Source: Mobula hypostoma (lineage: Eukaryota). Taken from it: a DNA stretch of 64,000 nt. A program made the translations under genes and the position numbers. Each line of letters opens with the position of its first letter. Position 1 is the stretch's first letter. Positions 13,021 through 25,330 of this stretch are shown here, one piece after another. The DNA lies in NCBI RefSeq assembly GCF_963921235.1, contig NC_086118.1, positions 13,828,001 to 13,892,000 of the forward strand, given 5' to 3'. The notes below the pieces were generated by a model. It saw only the letters and a list, made by a program, of their open reading frames with translations. It was not told where the DNA came from and searched no databases.

Positions 13021-13159
13021 AGCGATTAACAAATTTCACAACATATGCCAATGATATTAAAACCTGATTCTGATTCTGAAGGCTGTATTGCCAACTCTTA
13101 CTTTCATTTTCTTGTGCTCCTTTGTGTAAATGAAAGTGGAGACAATACTGTGAAATTAG

Positions 13160-13245
13160 CACATAAGAACGTAAGAAATAGGAGCAGGAGTAGGCTATTC
13201 GGCCCATCGAGCCTGTCCCACCATTCAATAAGATCATGGCTGATC
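13160..13245 (-). mobile_element. CR1/SINE 3' tail
   Basis: CATAAGAACGTAAGAAATAGGAGCAGGAGTAGGCTATTCGGCCCATCGAGCCTG is similar to 6275-6350. Confidence 0.7.
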
Positions 13246-13739
13246 TTATTATCTCTAAGATTCACCCTTTCAGTGACACATCTGGAGATATTGCTTCATG
13301 TCAAAGAGTGTGCTTCAGGCTTCTGCTGCTGAGATGGAGAACATTTATTAAAGTTATGCTACCGCTTGAATATCCACTTGAACTGAGAAAGAAATGAATA
13401 TGATGCCCAGTAGCATGTAAGACACTATGTGAGGTTTTCTGTCTGCTTTCTTCTGACTTGAAGCAGCTGAAGGTTTGCTTCAGCCACCTCAAACTCTCCA
13501 AAAGAAAAAGGATTACCTCAGAATTAGTTCTCTGATGTGTCACCCTTTCCTGTTCAGGCACCTGTTTTTATTTAATATCTGGCATCCTGAGGGATTAAAT
13601 ATGATAAGTTGAGTTCTGTCTGTAATGGTGTCCAGAAATTTGCAAGACTGACTGTTCCCTTTCCCAGGACTGAAGTGGAAGCACAGTCAAGAAGGGCCAA
13701 AGGGCCTGTTTCTGTGCTGTAGTTTCTATGGTTTCTATG

Positions 13740-14900
13740 TAAGACCATTAAACCATAAGACACAGGAGCAGAATTAGGCCATTCAGCCCATCAATTTTTC
13801 TCCGCCATTTCATCATGGCTCCCACTCAATCCCATACACCTGCCTTCTCACCATATCCTTTTATGCCCTGACTGATCAGGAAACGATCAACTTCCACCCT
13901 AAATAAACCCGCAGACTTGGCTTCCACTGCAGGCTATGGCAGAGCATTCCACAGATATGCTACTCTCTGGCTAAAAAAGACCCTCTGCACCTCTGATGGT
14001 TGAACATTCCTCCCATTTTGATAACAGTCCACACTACTTTTCCTTTTACCGAAGTGCATTATCGTACACTTCCCAAAACTGTACTGCATCTGCCAACTTT
14101 TTTGCCCATTCTTCCAATTTGTCTAAGTCCTACTGCAATTAAGTTGCTTCCTCAGCACTACCTGCTCCTCCACCTACCTTCGTATTATCTACAAAGCCAT
14201 TAATTCCATTATCCAAATCATTGACAAACAATGTGAAAAGTAGCAGTCCCAATTCTAACCCCTGAGGAACACCACTAGTCACTGGCAGCCAACCAGGAAA
14301 GGCCCCTTTTATTCCCACTCCCTGCCTCCTGCCTGTCAGCCATTCCTCTATCCATGTCAGTATCTTTCCTGTGACGCCATAGGATTTTATCTTGTTAAGG
14401 AGGCTCATGTGTGGCACCTTATCAAATGCCTTCTGAAAATCCAAGTAAATGACATCCACTGCCTCTCCTTTGTCCACTCTGCTTGTTACTTCCTTGAAGA
14501 ACTCTAACAGATTTGTCAGGCTTGATTTTCCTTTACAGAAACCATGCTGACTTTAACTTATTTTATCATTAGTCTCCAAGTACCCTGAAACCTCATCCTT
14601 TATAATAGACACCAACACTTTCCCAACCGGTGAGGTTAAGCTAACTGGCCAATAATATCTGGTTATAATATCTGGCCTATAATTTCCTTCCTGTTGCCTT
14701 CCTCCCTTCTTAAAGAGTGGAGTGACTTTTGCAATTTTTCTTGCCTTCTGGGACCAGGCCAGAATCAAGTGATTCTTGAAAGCTCGTGACCAATGCACCC
14801 ATTATTTCTTCAGAACCTCTCTCAGGTCTCTGGGATGTAGTCCATCTGGTCCAGGTGACTTATCCACCTTACAACTTTTGAGTTTGCCTAGCACTTTCTC
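13740..14900 (-). mobile_element. CR1-like LINE, internally deleted and decayed; abuts a plus-strand CR1 tail at 13660-13740
   Basis: ORF pieces VTPLFKKGGRQQEGNYRP, YLDFQKAFDKVPH, GVPQG, plus a CR1 3' tail. Confidence 0.88.
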
Positions 14901-15642
14901 CTCTGATTGGGCTGATTCTGCCTACTTGGATCGATCTGTGAAATGTAATCTTGCTTTGACAAATACTCTGTTGTTGTGGACTGACTTTTCCAGCCATCTC
15001 TGTATCACTGTTTGGGAGAACATTTTGAACTTCTCACCTTTCTTGATCTCTTCATTGCTTCCTGTGCTCTGCATCTACAGCCTGTGCTATGGTGAGTTCC
15101 TGCTGCCCTGTCAGAGTGTTCTGCATTTCAGGGGATGCTGAGCACCCAATGAAATAATCCATGAGCCTTACAGCTATTTCCTTCAATCTAATTTGCTGCC
15201 TTAAAGAAATTGTCAATAAGATCACTTCAGGCTTTGGAAATTATCTCCATGCATCTTGCCATACAATTTGAGTGCTAGGTATAGGCCAGATTTTTGAAAA
15301 ATCTTGGCAGATTTATATCCTAATCCTTTTCTTCTCATTCACTATTGGATGCAATTGCCTGTGTTCATTATCATCTTTGCCTTTCAATAAACTACTCAAC
15401 ACAGTTACATTTTCACTTAACTTTCTGAATACTCCCCCAAGCTGTTACTCTCCCAGTTCATTGTGAGCTGCAACTGTGTACTTTATCACAGCCACAATTC
15501 ATAAATAAAATACCAAAGTTATTGTTGGGTTTTTTTTTGCTCTGATTCAGCAATCATATCATTCGTGTGGTTTGGAGGGTTAGTAATTACAGTGGCTACT
15601 CTAATGCATCTTGTTCCCAGTATTTCGTTAGTTTTTTTAAAC

Positions 15643-15775
15643 ACAGCAGATTCTGCAGGTGCTGGATATCTTGAGCAACACACACACAAAATTCTGGAGG
15701 AACTCAGCAAGTCAGGTAACATCTATGGAGGGGAATAAACAGTCAATGTTTCAGGCCAAAGCCCTTCATCAAAGT
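15643..15775 (-). mobile_element. Short Penelope 3'-repeat fragment with decayed hammerhead motif
   Basis: Reverse complement TTGATGA-A-GGGC TTTG GCCT-GAAACATTGACTG...CCATAGATGTTACCTGACTTGCTGAGTTCCTCCAG. Confidence 0.8.
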
Positions 15776-15971
15776 ACACCTTTGGGCTTAGTGTCCATCA
15801 CATCATGTTTCAGAAGGAAGATGAGACAATATAGAGAATACAAAGGAGCAGTAGGTATGGAAATTGTCATCAATAGCCATCGGGGTTCTTTGATAAAGCC
15901 TATGACTAATATCTCTCTGAAGCAATGGAAAGAGACAGGAATTTAAAACAGAGGTCAAACGCTAGCAATTG

Positions 15972-16526
15972 TGAAACCCAAGGTTCAGATAATGGCTTAA
16001 TCTAGGGGAACACAGCCTCCAGCCCAGCCAAACTTTTGTTTGTGTGGATGCTATGTGATTTGTTCCCCGTTACAAATCAGTACCACGAAATAGCAAACAG
16101 TACACAATATGCAATTAAACAATTGAGTTTTATAATTCTTAATTTGGCTATAGGGTTAGTAAAGAAAACAAAGAAGAAAAAGAGCCCATTCTCACAAAAC
16201 AGTTTATTGCGCAACATTGGAGCTCACTGTTTTCCCATCGTCTGTTCGTTCTCCATCGATTTTCCCCTGGACATCGACTCCCAACCCCATTCCAAGTCCA
16301 CTCTGTCCTGCAGTCTACAACTTCCCCATTCTGGCATCTTCTCTCTCTCCATTTTCCGCCAAGCAAAAGACCATGAAACCTTCACTCGGGCACACAAGGA
16401 AGAAAAACATCTCCCCTCATTGGTCAGCGTACATTCCAAAGCCCCCATTATCTCTAGTCATAACTCAAACACTACACTACAGAGAAACCATTACATTAGC
16501 ATGGAAACCTTTCCTAGGTCATTACA
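15972..16526 (-). repeat. 3' LTR of the Gypsy provirus (555 bp)
   Basis: Minus strand TGTAATGA...GGGTTTCA, preceded by PPT GGTGCAGGGAGAG (16527-16539); homologous to 22153-23198. Confidence 0.9.
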
Positions 16527-16649
16527 CTCTCCCTGCACCAAATTTCGTCATGTCCTCATGACTCTGAGATAACTTGCCAACCTTTCCTGCAAAACACAAA
16601 GTCCAACTCAGGTGTGAAAGGCAGTGACGTAGCTCCCTAAAATGCTAGG

Positions 16650-19600
16650 AGCCACATTCTGTTCCCCCGCTGCTACATAGGCCAGACTATCTGGTGGCCT
16701 CTTAATTCTCTGAGACTTCCGTTCCCCCTCACCTAACTCTTCAGGTTCGGACACTACAGGGGATACTTCTGGTCTACCGGGCAAGGCCTCCCCCGGCCTA
16801 TCACTTGTACCCACCTGCAACTCAGACCCCTCTGTCCCTTGGCTAAGCCCCACTTAATCCCTTGCAGAGTCCCACTGTAAACCAGGCTGTTCACAGATAG
16901 CAACCCTCCTACTCCCCACTCCCCGCCCCACCCTCCTCATTTCACCTGACTCAGCGGGAGAAGGGCTGGGAGTCTCTTCCTCAATCAATGGGGAGTTTGC
17001 AAATGGCAGCATATACCACACATCTAGGTCCTCATCCTCCGAATCAGTATCCCTCTCAGGGGCAGGGGCCTTCTTAACCACTCCCGCTGTTGGCCCTGTA
17101 GTCGCCCCTCATCTCCACAAAGTCCTCTTACTAGGTGCAGGCTCCAGGTCAACCTGCACCTCTTGTCCCAGGGGCAGAAGGTGGTTCCGATGGAGAATCT
17201 TGATAGGCCCATTCCCCTCCTCTGGTTTCACCCAGAAAACTGGGAGGTTTGGCATCTGACTCTCCACCACAAAGGGTGTGGCCGCCCAGTGGTCAGCCAA
17301 GTTATGCTTCCAAGTAGCCCCAAATTCCTTATGAGGATTCGGTCTCACGGCATGATTTGGGAAAACCTCACCTCTTGATCATACCTCCTCTTATTTCTTT
17401 GATTCTGCTTGGCAGCCACGACCCCAGCTAATTCATAAGCTCTTTTCAGCTCCCTTCTCATATCAGACACATAATTCAGTTAAGTCTTTGCTGTTAAGTC
17501 ACCCTCCTCAATCCCAAAACAAATGTCAATGGACAGTCTCGCCTCGCGCCCAAACATCATGTAGTATGGCGAGTACCCGATATCTTCATTTTGGGTACAG
17601 TTGTAACAAGGGACCAGATGTCCAATATGTTGACTCCATCTACTCTTCTTGCTGATCTCCAAGGTCCTGAGCATGTCTAGCAAGGTCTGATTAAACCTGT
17701 CGGGCTGAGGATCAGTTTGCGGATGATAGGGAGTGGTCCATGACTTCTTGACTCCAAGCATACCCAGTAACACGTGGATGAGCCTATTCTCGAAATCCCG
17801 TCCCTGATCACTATGTATCCGCCTGTGGAAGCCATAATAAATGAAATACTTCTCCCATAACACTTTGGCCACCGTGGACGCCATCTGGTCCTTGGTAGGG
17901 AAAGCCTGCGCATATCTGGTGTAGTGGTCCGTGATGACTAAGACATTCGCCGTGTTGCTGGCATCGGGTTCTATTGACAGGAAAGACAGCATCTTCCACC
18001 ATATGCATCGAATGCACAACTTGCAGTATTCTTCGATCTCCGACTTCTTTCGGGGCCAGTAAAACCAGTCTCTGAGCAATCCATACGTCTTTTCAACCCC
18101 CAAATGTCCAGGATCATCAACACAATCCTCAGATACTTCTCCATCAGAACCAGCTGGGAACACCGAGATTGGTGACGTGACCTGGTATCAGATTTGGTTC
18201 CGCAACTCCCACTGGGGCCATTCTCTCAGTAATGGAGGCACCACAGCACGTTTCATCTTCTCCACCTGAGCCATGTCTCCCTTCTCGACCGCTGACCAAA
18301 GGGTACCGATGCCCGGATCATCTCGCTCAGCAGCTACCACTTCCCCAGAACTCAATTCTGGCAACTGATTTGTTTTCAGAGCAGTCAGATTACACTAAAC
18401 TTGTGGAACGGCGTCATCAGAAGCTACCAATTGATCTACAGCTCGATCCTGTCCCTGCTTTACGTCAGCCTTCACCGTGATGGTAAACTGACACATGGCC
18501 TTCACGCCCGGGTCAGGAATGTTCTCCTTCTCCTCGTCCCTGTCCAGCCCCTCAGGTGCACATTAGGATAAAGCATCAATGTTCCTGCTTCCCGGCTGGT
18601 ACTTCAGGCAGACAATGCCGCCAACCACCGATGGCCTGTGGCATCCAATTTTGCCGAGGTCGGGATATACGTTAGGGGATTGTTGCCTGTCCTCACCTCA
18701 AACTTGGCACCATAGAGGTACTCACTCAGCTTATCCACCACAGCCCATTTCAACGCCAGAAACTCCAATTTGTGTGTGGGATCGTTTTTCTCAGAGGGCG
18801 ACAGACTCCGGCATCAAGTCTCAACGCAGTGCCCTGATCTTGATACAGGATGCCCCCGAAACCCCCTCAGATGGCACCTGAATGCAGTACGTACAGCAAG
18901 CAGAGGTCTGCAAAAGCCAGTACCAGCACCTGGGTTAGCAGCTCCTTCAGCTTCTGAAAGGTCTCTTCACATTTCACATTGCACCTTGGTCCAAAGGGTT
19001 CTGACGGGCTAAGATACTCTCTACCCTCCTCTACTTTTCTTCCCTTCCCTTTCTTCCCCACGGGAGGATAACCACACAGAAGCTGATTCAACGGGTGACT
19101 CACTTTCACGTAGCCCTTCATGTAGCTCTGATAGTAACCACAGAACCCAAGGAACAAGCGCAGAGCACTCACAAGTCTGGGGCCTTGGGCAGGTAGTCAT
19201 CACCTCTATCTTACCCGTACCTGTAGCTACTCTGTGCCGTGAGACTATGTGCCCAATGTAGCTAAACGACGTCTTGCAGAACTGACACTTGTCCAGGGAA
19301 AGTTTTAACCCTTCAGCTTTCAGGCGGCCCAACGCCTTCAGTAACCTCGCTTCATGTTTTTCCAAGGTGGATCCAAGCACTATGAGAGCATCCAGATACA
19401 CCAATACCTCAAGCAAGTTCATATCCCCCACTGTCTTCCCTATGACTTGCTGGAAGGTTGCAGGGGCTCCTGATATGCCCTGGGGCATCCTTTCGGACTG
19501 GAAGAATCCTAGGGGGACATATGAAGGCTGTCTTCTCTTTGTCAGCCTCACTCATAGGGATCTGGTAATATCCACTCCTCAAATCCAGCACACTGAACCA

Positions 19601-20850
19601 CTTCGCACCACTCAGACAGGCCAGCGCGTCTTCCACCCTCGAGACTGTATACTGGTCAGGGACGGTGCGCCTGTTCAGAGTCCTATAGTCCACACACATC
19701 CGTACCCTCCCATTCTTCTCTCTGGCCACTATTATTGGGGACACAGAGGGGCTCCGGGTCTCGGTGATGATCCCAGCTTCCTTCAACTTACACAAAAGCT
19801 GCCGAATGTCTTCCACCTCTGCAGGGGCCAGTCATCATGACCTCTCTCTGAACGGGGTGTGTTCGGTCACCCGGATAGTGTGACGAGTGCTCTTGGAACA
19901 ACCTGCATCAAACTCGTCAATGGAAAAAGCACCTTCCAGCTTCAACATCTTCTCTACTAGCTTCCTTTTCCAACCTGGCGGCACCAGGGAGTCCCCGAAG
20001 TTGAGCAACTCAGCAGTCAACTTTCCCCATTTTTCAAATAGTTTCTCCCTGGCTTATCTCACAGGGACATGACACATTACTGTCACCAGGAACAGATGCG
20101 CCAGGGGCATACGCCACTTGAAGGTGACATCCCTCTTCAGAGTGTTTCTGACAATCACTACTATCCTGCTTGCCTGTACAACCAAGGGTTTCTGCAGATC
20201 GGTCCTCACCAGTACCTCAGCAGGAAATCCTGACTCCCCCTCATGGTCTTCCAGAGCATCCACTAAGAGGAACTCTCCCTCAGGCATTCTGGGAAATTTG
20301 GGGGTCTCCATCACTCTCGCTACTTTCCTGGGCCATACCACTATTGGCTTTGACCGGGTGAAACACAGTCCCTCGTCTAAAGTTGGTATCAAGCTCAGTG
20401 CAGCCACACACATCCTCAGAAGCAGCCTGAACCACTGGGTGCACAGAAAAAGCTCCCCCCAGCCTTCTCCATGCAGGCCCTCATGAGCCTCCTCACAAAA
20501 GGAGTGATGGTCCCCTCCAGGATTGAAACGCCGCCCTTCTCAGCGGGGTCCAGACAAACCAACGCTAATGTATCGAGGACCTCAGACACTTCCACATCGG
20601 CCTCCAAGAATTCCAACTTCACTGACAAATAACCATTGTATGGATAATCACCAGCACCAGGACCCCAGATCTCCAGTGCACGGAAAGGTGTCAATGGTAA
20701 ATGCGTCAGATACCAGTTGCAAAACAAGTGGTACAGCGAAGTGACCTGCGACGCGTTGTCAGTATGGCTTTAGCATAAATACCTTCTATCTGTAGCGATA
20801 CACTGGAGCATGGCCCCCCTGAGCCTTCAGGAATAGGGTCTTTCACTTTT
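16650..20850 (-). pseudogene. Gypsy pol relic (protease, RT, RNase H, integrase), many frameshifts and stops
   Basis: [38 protein letters not shown] (YxDD mutated), FLGFCGYY, GHLGVEKT...CKLCIRC, HSDQGRDFE, TTPYHPQ, LHRNHLLP. Confidence 0.92.
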
Positions 20851-20999
20851 GGGGGTTCCTTGGTACATTGCTGGGAACGGGTTCCCCCAGAGATACCAGG
20901 CCGTTCCATCACTGGGTCTCCTCTAAGTTTCCCAACAACTCTCGCTGCTTAGGTACCCAGGGTCTCACTCTCCTTCTCGCGTGATACTGGCTGCTAGCA

Positions 21000-21900
21000 G
21001 CCCTCCGCATTGTTCATCTCCTTAGAGGCTCCCCCCTCCCCATCAGCTCCATCATATGGGCGGCGGCACCCACTGATAACAGCTGACATATCTCCATTCT
21101 CAACTCTGCTGCAATCTCCTCTACCACTCCCAGGGCAGGCTATCCGTGGCCACTTCACCACAGGAGATCACCACTGAGGACTGTACCCTGCTGACATGCC
21201 TCTGACGCATTCTCCTCCTCTTACTTCCCTGATCAGTTCAACAAACGAGGGAGTGGGACGCGTCTTACGAGACAGTCGGAGACCCCAAGCAATCAGGTCC
21301 TAGAACTGGGCACCCTTTGCTATCTGGTCCACTCTTAACTGATCTATCTCAGCCACCTGAACGGCCGCTCTGTGCCGCAAGCAACTTAGCTGCCTCTCTA
21401 GCCAAAAGATGTAGGCAGAAAGCTTCTCCCTCTCCTGATGCGAGTTCTGAAACCCCGCCATGAGCTCCATTGGGCTTCCTGTTGTGCCAAAGGCATTTCC
21501 CAGTGCCTTCATGTAATCGACAGTTTTAGCTATGGGATACTGTAACCTGATGGCTCTCACTATGTCAGGAGCCCGCCCACTCAAACTCTCAACCAATCTC
21601 TGTGGCCTTATTACGTCATCAGAGCACTGCCACTCATCTAACAACTGAGAGGTCTGCTCCGCCCAAGTCATACTCCTCCTCCCCTTTAGGGGTGTGCGTT
21701 ATTCCAGAGAATAGGCAGAGCCTACCATAGCTGGGAATTTGGACCTGGGCATTTTCCCAGTTATTCACCAGAGAGGTAAGGGCGGATACTACCTCAAGAT
21801 TCTCACTCTTCCCTGGGGGACGTGGACTAATTAGACATTCCAAATCTGAGCACTCATTCCCCTCACTCCTCAGAAATGATAGAACCCAGTCATTGAAATC
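21000..21900 (-). pseudogene. Gag relic, PNMA (paraneoplastic Ma antigen)-type capsid
   Basis: YGRLCLFSG..PKGEEEYD / TWAEQTSQLLDEWQCSD...RLVESLSGRA...ALGNAFG...FQNSHQEREKLSAYIFWLERQL, split across frames. Confidence 0.8.
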
Positions 21901-22131
21901 TCCGCCCCAGCTACAGGAAACTCAACTTGTGCTTCGGCCCGCCCCACTGCCGTTACGTCAGCGCTAGTCTGCATTAAAACGAGAGCTGCGCCTGCCATTT
22001 TATCAAACCTCCGCCCCACAATCACAACTTTAACAGTACTTAACCTGGTGAATTAACAATTCATCCGCAGTACGAAAATCTATCCCACTGGTTCAATACT
22101 CAGGGTAATCACACAGGATCTAAACTAATCA

Positions 22132-22150
22132 ATCCCGGATGAGCCCCACA
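22132..22150 (-). promoter_or_regulatory. Primer binding site, tRNA-Pro type
   Basis: Minus-strand TGTGGGGCTCATCCGGGAT versus the canonical tRNA-Pro PBS TGGGGGCTCGTCCGGGAT, 2 nt inside the 5' LTR end. Confidence 0.85.
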
Positions 22151-22152
22151 AT

Positions 22153-23198
22153 TGTAACCCTAAGTTTGGCTAGTGGCTTAATCTAGGGGAAGACAGCCTC
22201 TGACCCGGCCAAACTTAAGAAATCTTGTTTGGGTGGATGCTGTGTGATGTGTTCCCTTGTTGCAAATCAGTACCATAAAATAACAACCAATACACAAAAT
22301 ACATTTAAATGACTGAGCTTTATAATACTTAATTTGACTATAGGGTTATGTCAGTACTTCCAGTTGAAATCTGTCTTTTTGTGTGTTTGCCCCTAGCTGT
22401 CAGTCTGTGGTTTTGCATTGCCATGTGATCCTGTCCCCACTCCTGCTCTACTCCGGCCCCGAGTACTGTACTCCGTCTCTCATTTGTTTCTCATTATTAC
22501 CTGTATTGCTGCCACCTGTCATCTCCATTTATCATCTGCCTCTCTGTTTATTGCTCAGTGTATTTCAGTCCTGTGTTTTCACCTGTTTGTTGCCAGATTG
22601 TGTCAGTGATTTTTCCTAAGCTTTTCCAGCATTTGTATCTATACTTTGTCTGTCTGAATATCGACTCTGCCTGTTTCCCGATTCCTCTTTGGATTTCTCT
22701 AGATGATTTGATCTCTGCCTGAACTTCGACGCCGACTTTGTTTGCACCTCGGGATTTGTTACTCAATTAATATCACTGTGTGCACAGTACTGGGTCTGCG
22801 ATTGGATCCCTGCTCCAGGGTCCTGACAGGTTAGTAACGAAAACATAAAAGAAAAAGGGCCCATTCTCATGAAACCGTCTAATGTTCAACATTGGAGCTC
22901 ACTGTTTTCCCGTCTGTTCGTTCTTCATTGATTTTCTCCCAAATGTTGACTCCCGACCCCATTCCAAGTCCACTCTGTCCTGCAGTCTGCGACTTCCCCA
23001 TTCTGACACCTTCTCTCTCTCCATCTTCTGCCGAACAAAAGACCACGAAACCTTCGCTCCGGCACACAAGAAAGAAAAACGTCTCCCTTCATTGGCCAGT
23101 GCACATTCCAAAGCTCCCATTATCTCTAGTCATATCCCAAACAGTGTGCTACACAGAAACCAATATATTAGCAGGGAAACCTTTCCCAGGTCATTACA
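22153..23198 (-). repeat. 5' LTR of the Gypsy provirus, interrupted by a nested solo LTR
   Basis: TGTAATGA...GGGTTACA; aligns to the 3' LTR once 22349-22833 is removed. Confidence 0.9.
22349..22828. mobile_element. Solo LTR (480 bp) nested in the Gypsy 5' LTR
   Basis: Termini TGTCAGTAC...GTCCTGACA (8/9 inverted); TSD GGTTA at 22344-22348 and 22829-22833; the empty site is visible in the other LTR. Confidence 0.9.
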
Positions 23199-23214
23199 AT
23201 TGATTTATAAAGGA

Positions 23215-23631
23215 AAAAGTTCAGTTGTTCAGAACAAACACCAGAATGGGAAAGAAATGTGATATAAGTGAATTTGCACATGCAATAATTGTTGGTGCCA
23301 GATGGGATGGTTAGAGTATATCAGAAACTGTTGATCTTCTGAAATTTTGACCCACAATAGTGTCTAGAGTTTACAGAGAATGATGCAAAAATCAAAAACA
23401 TCCAGTGAGCAGTTCTGAAGGTGAAAGCACCTTGTTAATGAGAAAGGTCAGAGCAGAATTGTCAGACTAGTTCAAGATGACAGTAATTCAAATAAACACA
23501 TGTAACAATAATGGGGTGCAGAAGGTCATCACTGAACATACAAACATATCGAACCTCAAAGTAGATGGGCTACAGTAGCAGAAGGTCACAAGGGATTCTA
23601 CACCGGTACCTAATAAAGTGGCCACTGAGTG
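23215..23631 (+). mobile_element. Tc1-like DNA transposon relic (transposase N-terminal HTH joined to right TIR)
   Basis: Reads MGKKCDISEFAHAIIVGAR...SETVDLL...VSRVYRE...GYSSRR and ends in TIR-like CCTAATAAAGTGGCCACTGAGTG. No left TIR found. Confidence 0.78.
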
Positions 23632-24829
23632 CAAATCAGCCATGATTGAATTGAAGAGCAGATTCAATGGGCTGAATGGCCTAATTCTGCTCTTATGACT
23701 TGTGGTCTTATGGTCTGAAACAGGGAATCCAATAAATGAATTCTAACATTCCTCACATGTCTGAACCTACAGCAAGATTTGGAACTAATGAAATATGATG
23801 TCGAAAGCCAGTTGTCACATTCAAATGAAATTTTACCAACTTAAGGAGATCATGTGAACTAAGAAATCATATTATACTAGAGCGAAAAAAAATGTCATTT
23901 TGCATGTAGATGTCTCTCAATGAAACCTGAGAGCATCTTCCTTGTAAGATGACAGCAGATATTCTTTGCAACTAAAGCTGTCAAGTTAGCTGAAATAATA
24001 CACTCCAACATGGAAAAGCAACTATTGGCAGGTGTATTGATGGTAGACAGCGCAGGCTGCCAGCAGGAGTACAAATATTTCTCTTAAGAATCCAGATTTT
24101 ATTTTGAAGAGCAAAGTGGGGACCAAAAACAGTACTGGCAAATGTACTATCTAATCTGTTAACCATGGAACAGGCATGAAGGTACTCCACCTGGTAAAGA
24201 TAAGCCCAACAAAGCTCAGTACTGTCAAAGAGATGGACAAAGATGAAGGGTTATAAGAGACTCTGCATCCTGGAATCTGCTGGAGCAACTCAGTAGATCT
24301 GAGGAAAGCTGTCTTCAAAATTCACACTCCTCTCTCACTCTCTCTCAATTTTTTTTCACTATCTTCGTTTTCTGCCTCCATCTATTGTTCAACTGGAGCA
24401 CTCTCACAGTGGAACTGCTACCCTCTTCCCCTCCCTTGCTGCACTTGCCGGTTATTTTACACCCTCATTGACAGGGTGTTTATTAATGGCCCAAGTGCAG
24501 AGGAATAGGCACAGCAGCAGCATGAACATTTCACTGAGTTGTAACAAGAACTGGACAAATCAACAGGAAAATAATAACTGCGAGGCCATCAAGACTGCTA
24601 ACTAAAACTCGCAAACTAAATCACTGCAGCTTGGAAGCAATAACTTAATATTCCTTTACAGCGTCAATCAGTTCTTTCCTGGAATGCGGACCAAAGAGGG
24701 AGCATTGCTGTCTCTGTGCTTCAGACATGATTTGACAAGACTGAAATGAAAAGAAGCAAGTTAAATAAAAAGAAAAAGAAATCCTAATTGGCGGTAATGT
24801 ACATTCACATGAGTGTGATTGTCGACCGC

Positions 24830-25075
24830 TTCCAGCTGCCCACCTACAAGGACACCCAGACTCCATGGCAGAGCCCATCCCAACTGTCAATTCACCATTC
24901 ACTTCAGACTCCTGCCTCACTGCTCTCCCTCTCTGTTTTATACTGGCCAGATTGCCTCTCCAACCTCTGGTGCAGTGTTTTGACCTGAGACATTGACAAT
25001 TCCTGGAACCCCTACAGTTGCTGCTTTGCATGCTGAGTTTCTCCAGCAGATTGAGGAGTTGCGGATGTTCTCTCA
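24830..25075 (+). mobile_element. Very old Penelope 3'-repeat fragment
   Basis: TTTTGACCTGAGACATTGAC...TGCTGAGTTTCTCCAGCA resembles the pLTR end. Confidence 0.5.
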
Positions 25076-25104
25076 GAGGTGGTTGGAAAAGATGAAACGA
25101 ACAC

Positions 25105-25330
25105 TATTACGATTCAAAATAAATTTATTATCAAAGTACATACATGTCACCATATACAACTTCGAGATTTATTTTCTTGCAGGCGTTCACAGCAGAACAA
25201 AGACATAGAATAGGATCACTGAAAAACTACACACAAAGGCTGACAAGCAACAAATGTGCAAAAGAAGACAATAACAATTTTAATAATAATAAGTAAAAAA
25301 ATAACATTGAGAATATGAGTTGTGCAAACA
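25105..25330 (-). mobile_element. Rex1-type 3' UTR fragment
   Basis: TTTATTATCAAAGTACATACATGTCACCATATACAAC recurs at ~41720, ~51920 and, reversed, at ~56100. Confidence 0.6.

Larger units (their letters stand above)
15972..23198 (-). mobile_element. Full-length decayed Gypsy/Ty3 LTR retrotransposon with PNMA-like Gag
   Basis: Two homologous LTRs, TSD ATTG (15968-15971 and 23199-23202), PBS, PPT, and gag-PR-RT-RH-IN order. Confidence 0.93.

Noticed and set aside
16036..16572. Duplicated ORFs at 16036-16572 and 22882-23262 that look like paralogous genes
   Set aside because: They are the two LTRs of one provirus; the frames run out into flanks and differ in start and stop.
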